Shown piece by piece: positions 1 through 9,506 of a stretch of 64,000 nt of DNA. Source of the stretch: an uncultured Candidatus Rokubacteria bacterium (GTDB lineage Bacteria > Methylomirabilota > Methylomirabilia > Rokubacteriales > DASRDR01). The notes below the pieces were generated by a model that made no database searches, was not told where the DNA came from, and saw only the letters and a program-made list of their open reading frames with translations. The stretch covers positions 96,001 to 160,000 of the forward strand of contig CAWDVE010000012.1 in assembly GCA_963805625.1 (NCBI GenBank), written 5' to 3'. The position numbers and the translations under genes were made by a program. Each line of letters starts with the position of its first letter. The first letter of the stretch is position 1.

Positions 1-374
1 GGCGACGCTGGCAGCTCGTTGGGTTGGACGGGTCTTGATTCGACGGTTACACGGTTTTCTCCTCGTTGGAGATATGGCTTGAGATCGAAGAGGATTCGGC
101 CGCCACAAATGGGCTCTTCTCTGCCATCAACAAAGGGAATCCGTCGATCGTTCAGATGGAAATCGGCCGACATGCAACGACTGGGCCACCCATCGGGCTC
201 GAAAAAAAATAGTGTGTTCTGCCAACCGGAGTATGTCACGTTCAAGTGCAGTCGGTGGGAATTAGGCCGATCCCTCCCGATGCCCGGTTGCACTGCGAGA
301 AGAATCGCACACAGGATCAGCGCCGCCACGCCTGCGGCGCCAAGCGAGAGCGGCCATCGCATTCGCGTGTTCAT
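1..374 (-). CDS. Membrane-anchored hypothetical protein, partial (runs off the window start)
   Basis: Manual translation from ATG at 374 is open to the window edge: MNTRMRWPLSLGAAGVAALILCAILLAVQ... with an N-terminal hydrophobic helix. FDLKPYLQRGENRVTVE resembles beta-sandwich/GH2-type sugar-binding segments. Visibly AT-richer than its neighbours. Confidence 0.6.
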   Translation of the reverse strand, partial: MNTRMRWPLSLGAAGVAALILCAILLAVQPGIGRDRPNSHRLHLNVTYSGWQNTLFFFEPDGWPSRCMSADFHLNDRRIPFVDGREEPICGGRILFDLKPYLQRGENRVTVESRPVQPNELPAS

Positions 375-447
375 GCCAACGGCGTAGGAGATGATTAGGA
401 GATGGACCGGCCAGCCCTTTCCAGGCCGCCGCGACCGCCCTCGGAGG

Positions 448-1422
448 TCAATACCGGAGATACGCCCGCTTCGCGAGGTATTCTTTGAGCTTCTCCGGGT
501 CGTCCATCACCGCGATGAGCGCCTTCCCGAGAGCGTCGGCGTGCCGACTGAGCTTCACGAGCATCTCCGGCAGCTGCTCGATGACTGTCCGGCGCCCCCA
601 GCCGCTCCCGAACGCGCCGGAGATCGCTTCCCGGAATTCCGCGTGCTCGAGCAGGCTGTTGCTCAGCAGCGTGCACAAGATCAGGGCCCACGGCGTCGGG
701 GGCAAGCTCATGCTCAACGACAGACTGTCTGGCGACTCGATCGCTGTGACGTGGTGAAAGTATCCACGGGGGACGTAGAGGACGGAGCCCGGGCTCAGGC
801 GGTATTCCTGGGCACCGGCGGGCATCTCGGTGGGAAGGTCCGTGGCATGGGCATACGGCGGCGGAGGATCTCCGATCGTCCAGTTCGTCACCGGATGGGC
901 GATGAAGTCATTGGGGGCGACCAGCCACTGCTTCGTGCCGACGATCTGGATCGTGAAGTTCTCGTTGAAATCGATGTGGGGCCGCGTGCCGCTCTGGCCG
1001 CGCACCGCGAAGAACGCCGTCACGCCAATCGGCGGCTCGCCGAGCTCGTCGGCGAGTGCCGACGTCCACCGGGCGAGCGAAAAGCTGTCTTTCATGCGGA
1101 AGTACAGGGTCGCGCCGCGCTTTTCGTAGGCCACCAGCGCCCCCGCCGTGGACAGCCGACTCGAGTACCGCTCACCAGCCGACTGCGGCCACAGGACGGT
1201 ATACTGGCGACTCTGCCAGAGGAGCTTCGCGATGTCGATCGAACCGAGCTCGCGGAGGATCGGCGCCAGGCGTCCGGCGGACCCGGGACAGAAGAAGGCC
1301 TTTCGCTTCCAGTAGTGCGTCCGAAAGTCGTCCGGCCGGATCGGCGCCACCAGGGAGGCGAGGGACGGCTCGAAGTCGGGGAGGGAATCCAACTCGGCCT
1401 GGGAAAAGGTCGTCATCTCCAT
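448..1422 (-). CDS. JmjC/cupin-4 family 2OG-Fe(II) oxygenase
   Basis: FRTHYWKRKA N-terminal motif, HID (HxD) metal motif, GTKQW, and LSPGSVLYVPRGYFHHV with the distal His. Confidence 0.85.
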   Translation of the reverse strand: MEMTTFSQAELDSLPDFEPSLASLVAPIRPDDFRTHYWKRKAFFCPGSAGRLAPILRELGSIDIAKLLWQSRQYTVLWPQSAGERYSSRLSTAGALVAYEKRGATLYFRMKDSFSLARWTSALADELGEPPIGVTAFFAVRGQSGTRPHIDFNENFTIQIVGTKQWLVAPNDFIAHPVTNWTIGDPPPPYAHATDLPTEMPAGAQEYRLSPGSVLYVPRGYFHHVTAIESPDSLSLSMSLPPTPWALILCTLLSNSLLEHAEFREAISGAFGSGWGRRTVIEQLPEMLVKLSRHADALGKALIAVMDDPEKLKEYLAKRAYLRY

Positions 1423-1453
1423 CGGCCGGTGTCGAGTGTACGATGCGTGGAAT

Positions 1454-1547
1454 CGCCGGGTCAAGGCGCCGAGTCACGCGCCGAGTCACGCGGTAGTGCA
1501 TCAGCTTGCTTGAAGCTGACGCACCACCGGTCACGCGCCGAATCACG
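1454..1547. repeat. Direct repeats of CGCCGAGTCACG flanking a hairpin, upstream of the JmjC gene
   Basis: Copies at 1454 (variant), 1467, 1479, ~1525 (variant) and 1536 (variant). TCAGCT-N7-AGCTGA hairpin at 1501-1519. Confidence 0.6.
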
Positions 1548-1579
1548 CCCCGTTCCGGTCGACCTCGTTCCGAGGTCGG

Positions 1580-2953
1580 TTACCGCGACCGGAGCGAGGC
1601 CCAGTAGTCGGGCGCCGCGAAGGTAAACGCGGCCGCTCCCGGCGTCCCCGCCTCCACCGCACCCCGCCACGTGCCCAGGCGCTCATCGGCGCGCGCGATC
1701 ATGCTGATCCGCGCCGGGTCGAATCCCATCAGCCGCGCCGCGGCGGCGTCGATCGCCACCGGATCGGTTCCTCCGAGAATCACCCCGCATGGCTTCGGGC
1801 GCGCCCCCAGCGGCCCCTGCCCCTCGCCTGCGATGACGCCGTCGACGACGGAGAACCACGCGCGCTGAGGCGTCGCCTGGAGCCGCCCCTGCCGATCCGC
1901 GAAGCGTAACGCCGTGTTCAGATCGAGCGCCATCCGCCACGTCGTGTCGTTCCCCTCCCAGTTGCCGTTGACCACGGGGTCGGCGTGCCCGTTCTCCAGC
2001 GCAGGCCAGCGCGCGATCAGGGCGTGTCCGCGCGGCAGCGGCACCCGACCGAGCGTCGCGGTGAGCCACTGGGACCAGCTGAGGGGCGTGGGATACTCGT
2101 CCCCCCGGGGCGGCGCACCCGCTCGGTAATGCGGCAGCCACTGCTTCTTGTCGGTGATGCCGACGACGTTCTTGAGCGCCACCGAGATGCCGGTCTTGCG
2201 ATGCGTCTTGAGCTTCGGCACGTTCACGAACAGGTCGGCCTCGAGCACCGTGTTGGACAGGCTGTAGCGATGCCGGCCAGGACCGTGATGCCTGATCGGC
2301 TCCCGCTCGCCGTTGTTGAGATTGTGACGCAGCCGGGACAGGTCGAGGCCGTCCCGCTCGAAGTAGCTGGCCCGACCCACGTCCACGATCGTGTAGCCGC
2401 GCGGATCCCCTCGGAGGCGCCGGCGGACCGCCACCCCGAGATTCCAGGAGCGGCGGGCAAAGGGCACGTCGTTGAGGAGCATCACGGGGTCCATCTTGAA
2501 CTCGCGCAGGTCGATCAGCTCGACCCCGACACCGTCGCGCCGAAGCGCCTCGAGCATGTCGTGGACACGCAGCGTGCGCAGGGTCTGCTCGAAATGACTG
2601 CCCGCGATCGAGCAATCCACGATGGAGATCCGCCCGTCCGCGCCGACCGCCTTCCAGGCGTACTCGATGAGCGGCCGCAGGACGGCGGGATGCGTCGCCA
2701 CGCTCCAGAGGCGCTCGCCCGCCAGGTTCTCGTGGAGGTTCCGAGAGGTGACGAAGTTGGGCTTCAGCACCACTCGCCCCCCGGGCCGCACGAGGTCCCC
2801 GAAGGGATTCCAGGCCGCGCTGCCGCGGTGAGCGGCGTCCAGCCCCGCCCCGGCGAGGACGCTCTCGACCGCGCGGAAGATCTCCCCGCGCTCGAACAGG
2901 TCCTCGTCTCGATACCCACGCGACACGCGGGCCAGCGCCACCATCGGGCTCAC
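1580..2953 (-). CDS. DUF362 domain protein
   Basis: VVLKPNFV, THPAVL, NVPKLKTH, ALKNVVG, VDGVIAGEGQGP and DPVAIDA motifs typical of DUF362. Overlaps the upstream stop. Confidence 0.85.
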   Translation of the reverse strand: MSPMVALARVSRGYRDEDLFERGEIFRAVESVLAGAGLDAAHRGSAAWNPFGDLVRPGGRVVLKPNFVTSRNLHENLAGERLWSVATHPAVLRPLIEYAWKAVGADGRISIVDCSIAGSHFEQTLRTLRVHDMLEALRRDGVGVELIDLREFKMDPVMLLNDVPFARRSWNLGVAVRRRLRGDPRGYTIVDVGRASYFERDGLDLSRLRHNLNNGEREPIRHHGPGRHRYSLSNTVLEADLFVNVPKLKTHRKTGISVALKNVVGITDKKQWLPHYRAGAPPRGDEYPTPLSWSQWLTATLGRVPLPRGHALIARWPALENGHADPVVNGNWEGNDTTWRMALDLNTALRFADRQGRLQATPQRAWFSVVDGVIAGEGQGPLGARPKPCGVILGGTDPVAIDAAAARLMGFDPARISMIARADERLGTWRGAVEAGTPGAAAFTFAAPDYWASLRSR

Positions 2954-5148
2954 AAGGGCTCCGCACCGACGAGCGAGCGACCCGCCAGCTCGACCGGCAA
3001 CCGGTTGATGCAGCTCAGCCGCTTCCCGGCCCGGGTCAGGGGAATGGCGTCGACGAACTCGACCTCGATCTCCATGCGAGCGCCGACATAGCGCCGTAGC
3101 ACCCGCAGGATCTCGTCCAGGACCGCGTCGCTGTAGCGCAGGCCCTTGACGATGCGCAGCCCCAGCGCGCCATGGCGCTCCTGGATCACCTGGAACTGCC
3201 GAACCGCGAAGTCGTAGTCCTTCATGACGTGGAGGAAGAGCGAGCTGGGAATGTAGCGGCCATGGCTGCCCAGGATCATGGCCTGGATGCGCCCCTCGAT
3301 CCGGCCGATGCGCGGCAGCCCGCGGCCGCAGGCGCAGGCATGGTCGTCCTCGATTGCCTCCGCGAGGTCGCCGAGCCGGTAGCGAATCAGCGGCACGCAG
3401 AAGTTGTTCAGGTCCGTCACGACCACTTCGCCGATCTCGCCCGCTTGAGCCGGACGGCCGTCCACCAGGATCTCGACGATGTGGTTCTCCGCGACCACGT
3501 GGTGCCCGGCGTGCGCGTCACACTCGTAGGCGATGCCGCTGAACTCCCGGCTGCCGTACTTGTCGAACACCGGACAGCCGAAGGCCTCCTCGATGACCCG
3601 TCGACTGGCCTCCGGCAGAGTCTGCGCCGAGGTGATGATCCCCCGCAAGCCGAAACCGCGCGCGTCGCCGTGCTGGCGCAGGTAGGTCGCCAGGAGGTGC
3701 AGCGACTCGGCATACCCGTCGATCAGCACGGGCCTGAAGTGGCGCAGCCGGGCGATCGTCCTCGCCAGGATCCGATCGTCCATGTCGAACGCGGGAACGA
3801 ACAGGCGCCGACACAGCCAGCCGTCGAGCTGCTCCCGGACGATCTGCGACGCCGTCATGCCGATCGTGTGATGCCACAGCCGGGCATGCCGATCGCCGAA
3901 GCGATAACCGGTCCATTCCATGCTGCGCAGCGTGGCCGCCCACCGAAGCTCCAGTTGCCGTCGGTCGACGTAGAGGGTCAGCGGCTCGCCGGTCGACCCA
4001 CTGGTCGAGATGCGCAGGATGTCGCGCTTGCGATGATTGTCGGACAAGAGGCCGAAGTAGAGCGCCGTTCGCAACTCCTCGCGGGTCAGAACGGGCAACT
4101 GCTGCAGATCCGCCAGGGAGCGGATCATCGACGGGTGGAAGCCGAGGGCCTGCCATTGCTCCCGGTAGTAGCCGACGTGGTGATAGGCGTGGTCGAGCAG
4201 GCGCCGCAGCTTCTCCAGCTGCAGCTGCCGGATCGCCTCCATCGACAGCCATTGCGTCTGGAAGAGCTCGGCGTGGTACCGACCCGCGTCCGCCGTGATC
4301 ATCCAGTGATGCAAGGGCATCAGCCGAAGATAGGCTTCGAAGTGCCCGCGTCGGGCCCCCGAGATCGAGCTCGCCCGCCGCGCGGCCGATCCCAGGGGGC
4401 GCCGGAGGCTCAGGTCCCGTTGCGGCAACAGGCGAAACTCGACGATCGCCTTGATCAGATCGACGAGAACCCACCAGATGACCCCGACGGGAATCGCCGG
4501 GATGAACGAGCGGCCCTGCCGGCGGCTCTCGAAGAGGGTCTCGATCTCGCGGATGGTGTAGCCCTTGGCATGCGCGGAGACCGTGATGAAGGTCTGGAAA
4601 TACCGATAGTGGAACCGGTGGGACAGGATCTCTTCCAGGACGACGCGCCGGCACAGCACGAATCCCGACTTGTTGTCCCGCGCCCGCATGCCGAAACATG
4701 CGTTCAGCAGGACGTTGAGCCCACGACTGAGCGTCCAGCGTGAATCGCGGAGACGGCCGACGGAGCTGCGCCAGCCCTGGGCCACGTCGGCATGGCTGAA
4801 GCGCAGCTCGCGATACAGTCGGTCGATGTCCTCCGGCTGGTACTGCAGATCCGCATCGATGAGACACACGTAGTGCCCGCGCGCCCGCGCCAGTCCGGTC
4901 TTCCAGGCCGCGACGATGCCGCGAGTGGTGGGGTGGTGGCAGATCAGCACGAAGGGGTGCGCGGCCGCCAGCCGCGCCATGACCTCGGCGCTATCATCGC
5001 GGCTGCCGTCGTCGACGAGAATCAGCTCGCCGGCCAAGCGCCTCCGCGCGAAGAGGAGACGCACTCGCTCGACCAGCTCGGGGAGGTTCGCCGCCTCGTC
5101 ATGGCAAGGGGCGATGACGCTCAGCTCGCACGGCGACCGGTCGGTCAT
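2950..5148 (-). CDS. GT2 glycosyltransferase fused to a phenylacetate-CoA ligase/CapK-like adenylating domain
   Basis: N-terminal VDDGSRD and DADLQ (DPM1-like GT2). C-terminal STSGSTGEP, YGSRE and IRYRLGD (PaaK-like). Confidence 0.85.
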   Translation of the reverse strand: MTDRSPCELSVIAPCHDEAANLPELVERVRLLFARRRLAGELILVDDGSRDDSAEVMARLAAAHPFVLICHHPTTRGIVAAWKTGLARARGHYVCLIDADLQYQPEDIDRLYRELRFSHADVAQGWRSSVGRLRDSRWTLSRGLNVLLNACFGMRARDNKSGFVLCRRVVLEEILSHRFHYRYFQTFITVSAHAKGYTIREIETLFESRRQGRSFIPAIPVGVIWWVLVDLIKAIVEFRLLPQRDLSLRRPLGSAARRASSISGARRGHFEAYLRLMPLHHWMITADAGRYHAELFQTQWLSMEAIRQLQLEKLRRLLDHAYHHVGYYREQWQALGFHPSMIRSLADLQQLPVLTREELRTALYFGLLSDNHRKRDILRISTSGSTGEPLTLYVDRRQLELRWAATLRSMEWTGYRFGDRHARLWHHTIGMTASQIVREQLDGWLCRRLFVPAFDMDDRILARTIARLRHFRPVLIDGYAESLHLLATYLRQHGDARGFGLRGIITSAQTLPEASRRVIEEAFGCPVFDKYGSREFSGIAYECDAHAGHHVVAENHIVEILVDGRPAQAGEIGEVVVTDLNNFCVPLIRYRLGDLAEAIEDDHACACGRGLPRIGRIEGRIQAMILGSHGRYIPSSLFLHVMKDYDFAVRQFQVIQERHGALGLRIVKGLRYSDAVLDEILRVLRRYVGARMEIEVEFVDAIPLTRAGKRLSCINRLPVELAGRSLVGAEPL

Positions 5149-5179
5149 GCGGGATCCCCCGTCCCCTCGGCCGCGGCGG

Positions 5180-6424
5180 TCATGCCAGTCTCCGCACCTG
5201 CCCCCGCGCCCACCAGGCGCCGGCCGCGCTCAGGAGGCCCAGCAGGGGCTCGATCGTCCAGCGGTGGCGCCCCCCGATGTAGAACAGCGCCTGGCCGATA
5301 CTGAAGGTCAGTCCGAGCCAGAGGACAAGCCGCGCCACCGCCCAGGGGCCGGGGCCGCCACGCGCCAGCGCCACGACGCCGATCACCGCGCAACCGACGA
5401 GCGCGAGATACCACGCCTGATACGCCGCGACCCACGTGCCGGGGTACCACAGCCCGGTGTGCGGCGAACGCCACCAGAAGAAGCCGAGCTTCCGCACGTA
5501 CAGCTCGGCCGCCCGCCGGGGCTGCGTGCGGATGAAGGTCAGCGCCGCGTCGTGAAACGCCTCCATCTGCTCGAGCTCGCCCTTGCCGGCGAGCCGCGCT
5601 TGCAGCTCGGGGGAGTGCACCCACTTGATGGGCCGCCCATCGGCCGTGAACTCCGTGCCGGTGGCGGCCTCGTTGTTCCCCTCCCAGAGCGCCATCCAGG
5701 TGGTCGTCATCAGGGGCACGAAACGGCCGTGCACGAGCGCGTTGCGTACCATCCACGGTGACAGGAGGAGGACGGCGACCACCCCGTAGAGGCCGACCTG
5801 CCGGATCCAGCGGCTCCAGGACAGATGAGCCAGACCCCTCACCCACAGCAGGGCGACCGGGAAGAAGAGGCCCGCCGTGCCCCGCTCGTACATCACGAGG
5901 CCGCTTAGGAGGCCCGCGCACCCGGCGCGTCCGAAGGACGGCTGCTCCGCCCAGCGCACGAACGCCAGCAGCACCGCCGCCATCAGCGTCGCGTCGAAGC
6001 TGAACTGGACGAGCCGCGTGGCATCGTACGCGAGCAGCCCGGGATGGGTCGCTGCCAGCCACGCGGCGAGCCCGGCCAGCGGTGGAGGCCCCAGCCGCAT
6101 CCCGATGTGCCACACCACCACGCAGAGCAGCGCGGCGAACACCCACTGGACGACGAGATTCGCCCCCGGATGACCCCCGCTGAGGCCATACACGCCAGCA
6201 TACAGAAGGTCATAGGGAAGGGCGCTATGGAACGAGCGATAGTCCGTTCCCAGAAAGTGGTGCGTGTACCCGCGTCCCTCGAACCAGTTGCGGATCAGCT
6301 CTTCCGTTTCAAAGGTCTTGGGCGCCCCGAGCGTCCCCCACCAGAGCGCCGGTACGGCTCGGACGAGGACGGCACCGACCGCCGCGCTGACCGGGTGCAG
6401 GAGCCACCCGCTCATCTCGAGCAT
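5180..6424 (-). CDS. GT-C fold (ArnT/PMT-like) membrane glycosyltransferase
   Basis: Multiple TM helices, SPWMVRN motif, LWEGNN. Start chosen at the ATG after an RBS-like AAGGAAG. Confidence 0.7.
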   Translation of the reverse strand: MLEMSGWLLHPVSAAVGAVLVRAVPALWWGTLGAPKTFETEELIRNWFEGRGYTHHFLGTDYRSFHSALPYDLLYAGVYGLSGGHPGANLVVQWVFAALLCVVVWHIGMRLGPPPLAGLAAWLAATHPGLLAYDATRLVQFSFDATLMAAVLLAFVRWAEQPSFGRAGCAGLLSGLVMYERGTAGLFFPVALLWVRGLAHLSWSRWIRQVGLYGVVAVLLLSPWMVRNALVHGRFVPLMTTTWMALWEGNNEAATGTEFTADGRPIKWVHSPELQARLAGKGELEQMEAFHDAALTFIRTQPRRAAELYVRKLGFFWWRSPHTGLWYPGTWVAAYQAWYLALVGCAVIGVVALARGGPGPWAVARLVLWLGLTFSIGQALFYIGGRHRWTIEPLLGLLSAAGAWWARGQVRRLA

Positions 6425-6514
6425 ACGGGCTTCCTTGCGCGGATCACTCCGATCCTCCGCCCCGCGCGCGCCGGTCGCTCGCCCCTTCCCGCGACCCGGT
6501 CTCTCGCGCCGCAC

Positions 6515-8017
6515 CTATCCCGGGACCCGGGACGGGGCGCGGGCCCCGACGCCGCGACGAAAATGATCGTTGATGGCGAGGGCGGCCGCTGCCACCATGA
6601 CAGCGAGGAATGGCCACGTAGCGAAAGCATACCGCTCCAGACCGACCTCGACCAGGGCCACCACCAGATGGTGCGCATTGATGGAAAGGGCGGCCAGTCC
6701 CGCCAAGGCGAGCACCGGCGAGCTGCGCTGCCCCAAGAAGACCGCGGGGATCAACGCGAAGGACAGACCCATGAGTGATACGAGCACCAGGTCCTTCGCC
6801 ACCACGGCACCCCTGGGCCAGATCGTTCGTAGCGCGTGCCCGGAGTCGCTCAGGCAGAATCCTCGGCCGAGGAACTCCCGGAGGGCCGGTGCACACACCA
6901 ACCCGCGAACCCTCCGATCCTCCTCCGCGGTTCCAATCGACGGAAACGTCCACAGAGCGGCAAAGTGCACGGCCACGTGCCATCCGAACGCAGTGGGATC
7001 GCGCAGGAGCACCGAGCGCGAGATGTCCCAGGCCAGTGCGTTGACGCGCCTCGCAATGGCGGGATCGCTCAAGGCCTCGCCGCGCGCACTCGCGTCCCCT
7101 CCGGCTTCCTCCACGAGAATCGGCAGGATCGTTCCGTGTAGCGCGGGGTTGTAGCCGAAGTACGTCATCCAATAGTGATCCCTCGCCCCCGCTATCGTCC
7201 GGCTGGGGAGGCGGGCGGACACGGCCTGCAGTCGCGTGGCGATCCGCGCCGCCCCGTTCCTGTCGGCGCCCGGGAGGTCGGGCCGGATCAGGAAGGCGAC
7301 GTTCCCGACGAGGTTGTACCCGCCAGAGATCTGCGTCGCGAACGTGCCCCGCGCGACCCAGTTGACGAGGCTGGCGAGGAGAAGGCATGCCAAGGCAGGG
7401 CCCACGAGCGCGGCGCCCGCCCTCGCCCAGTTCGGGCGCCACAGGACCACGCCGATCGCGCTGGCGGCGAGCAGGGAGTACCCGTCCGGCCGGGTCAGGA
7501 CCACCAACCCGAGGACGACGCCCGCCGGCCCGAGCCACGCCAGACCGTGGGGGCGGGCACGCAGCGCCAACGCGGCAGCGGCGACGAAGAGCATGCACAA
7601 GGAGATGTACAGGCTCTCGGCGAGGATCTGCATCGCATAGCGCCAGATGAACGGATTGGCCAGGATCGCCATGCCCGCCAGCGCCCAGACGACGCCCGCT
7701 GGCCGCAGCGCATGACACGCCGCGACCATGAGCGCGGCCGACGCGACGAGCAGCGCCATCTGGACGTACGGCACGAGCGAATGGCTCGGATCGATCCGAC
7801 CGATCAGCCAGAGGAGGGCGGGGTACGCAAAGGTGCGGGACGGGCTCCAGTCGAGGTAGCTTCCACTGTCGAAGGTGAGCAGGTCCGGCCGGCTCAGCGT
7901 CGCCATGAAGGCGGCCATGAGGGCAACGCCGCCAGCGGCCACGGACAATCCGGGCAGCGACCGGTGACGGCTGGGCGCCGAGACGTCCACTCGAAAGGAT
8001 GTTTCGCCGGCACGCAT
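6515..8017 (-). CDS. Polytopic membrane protein, GT-C-like
   Basis: FDSGSY, YPALL, ILAESLY, LTRPD and ERYA motifs with many TM segments. Start uncertain (8017 or 8053). Confidence 0.65.
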   Translation of the reverse strand: MRAGETSFRVDVSAPSRHRSLPGLSVAAGGVALMAAFMATLSRPDLLTFDSGSYLDWSPSRTFAYPALLWLIGRIDPSHSLVPYVQMALLVASAALMVAACHALRPAGVVWALAGMAILANPFIWRYAMQILAESLYISLCMLFVAAAALALRARPHGLAWLGPAGVVLGLVVLTRPDGYSLLAASAIGVVLWRPNWARAGAALVGPALACLLLASLVNWVARGTFATQISGGYNLVGNVAFLIRPDLPGADRNGAARIATRLQAVSARLPSRTIAGARDHYWMTYFGYNPALHGTILPILVEEAGGDASARGEALSDPAIARRVNALAWDISRSVLLRDPTAFGWHVAVHFAALWTFPSIGTAEEDRRVRGLVCAPALREFLGRGFCLSDSGHALRTIWPRGAVVAKDLVLVSLMGLSFALIPAVFLGQRSSPVLALAGLAALSINAHHLVVALVEVGLERYAFATWPFLAVMVAAAALAINDHFRRGVGARAPSRVPG

Positions 8018-8294
8018 CACGCGCCCCCGCTCATCGGGGAAGCTCCTGGACACGTCCCGGCCGGGCCCGCCGTGGTGGGCGGCGCGTGCGCAGGATGCGC
8101 CCCGCGGCGCGGCCGGCCGGGCTCCTCTCCCCGGCGCCCCGGCGCAACCGGTCGATCGATCGCGCCGCGCGGAAGCACCACGGACCCCCAGTCCGCGTGC
8201 GCCGGCAACGCGGGCATGGCTTGCCGGAGCCCCGAACCGTCGTGGTATCCGGCCGGCCGGGATGGCGCGGGGCCGCTCGAGCCATCCGGGTCCA

Positions 8295-9176
8295 CTACGG
8301 GCGCCGAGGCAGCCTGCGGAGGATGTCCGTGACTAGGCCGAGCGCGAAGAGCAGGAGCGCCGTGCAGGAACCGAGCGCCACGATCAGCCCCGCGTGGGCT
8401 CCCCGGGCGATCCAGGCATCCAGGCCCAGCGCCGGGACGGTGCCCAGAAGGGCGGCGCCCATCAAGACCAGGAAGAGCTTGATCGGGTTGTAGGTCACGA
8501 TGGCCACAGTCAGGATCTGGAGGACGCGCAGGAGCTCCTGGTAGAGGATGACCTTGCTCTTGCCCACCCGGGCGCGGTAGTCGATCGGGACGTGGGCCAC
8601 GAAGTGGCCCTCGAGGAGAATCGCGAGCGTCAAGGTGGTGGTGAAGGAGAAGCCGTTGCCGATGGAAGCGATGTGCTCCAGGGCGATGGACTTCCGGAAG
8701 ACCCGCATGCCGGAGTTCACGTCCGGCACCCAGACTCCGCACACGAAGCGCACCATCGCCCGCAAGGCGACGCGGGCCAGCCACTTGGCCGGGGAGCTCC
8801 AGTAGTGCACCCCGGTCCGAGCACCCACGACCATGTCGAAGCGGGGCACGTAGGCCAACAGCTCGGGCAAGGCCTCCACCGGATACGATCCATCGGCGTC
8901 CACGATGGCGATCCAGTCCCCGGACGCGTGGCGGAGGCCGGTCTTGAGGGCGCGGCCATACCCCGCGTTCTGAGGATGCTCGAGCACGGTGACCGCGCAG
9001 CCGCGGGCCTTGGTCCCCGTGTCGTCGGTCGAGCCATCGTCGATGACCACGATCTCGTAGTTCAGTCCGGCTCGCCGGGCCGCCCCCTGGATGCGCTCCA
9101 CGATGCCCTGGACGGACGCCCCCTCGTTGTACGCCGGAATCAGGATCGACACCTTGATGTCAGGCGCGGAGGGCAT
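8295..9176 (-). CDS. GT2 family glycosyltransferase (DPM1-like) with C-terminal TM helices
   Basis: LIPAYNE, IDDGSTD, NAGYG, DADGSY, DVNSGMR. Confidence 0.88.
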   Translation of the reverse strand: MPSAPDIKVSILIPAYNEGASVQGIVERIQGAARRAGLNYEIVVIDDGSTDDTGTKARGCAVTVLEHPQNAGYGRALKTGLRHASGDWIAIVDADGSYPVEALPELLAYVPRFDMVVGARTGVHYWSSPAKWLARVALRAMVRFVCGVWVPDVNSGMRVFRKSIALEHIASIGNGFSFTTTLTLAILLEGHFVAHVPIDYRARVGKSKVILYQELLRVLQILTVAIVTYNPIKLFLVLMGAALLGTVPALGLDAWIARGAHAGLIVALGSCTALLLFALGLVTDILRRLPRRP

Positions 9177-9506
9177 CGGCGATGGCGATGCGGGACTGGC
9201 CGCTCGGCGGCCAGCCCCGGAGCTGCCGGCGGTGCAGGGCGAGGACACGGGGCCGATCCAGGCCGGTCTGGTGGTCGACCGAGCCACTCACGAACCGAGC
9301 CTCGACGCGACAGGTCAGCGCCCCCCGGGCGTCGACGCGGTGGAGCGGCCGGGCGACGAGGGCGGCTCTCTGTGGCGACGCTTCGGGCGCGAGACTCCCA
9401 TGTCGCCGACGGTGTGCAGGCCGCACGTCGGGCCACCCGAACCGCGGGGAGCGGGTCCGAGCCGCGCGAAGCGGTGGCATCGCCCCTCTGTCGCCCGGAG
9501 GCGGCA

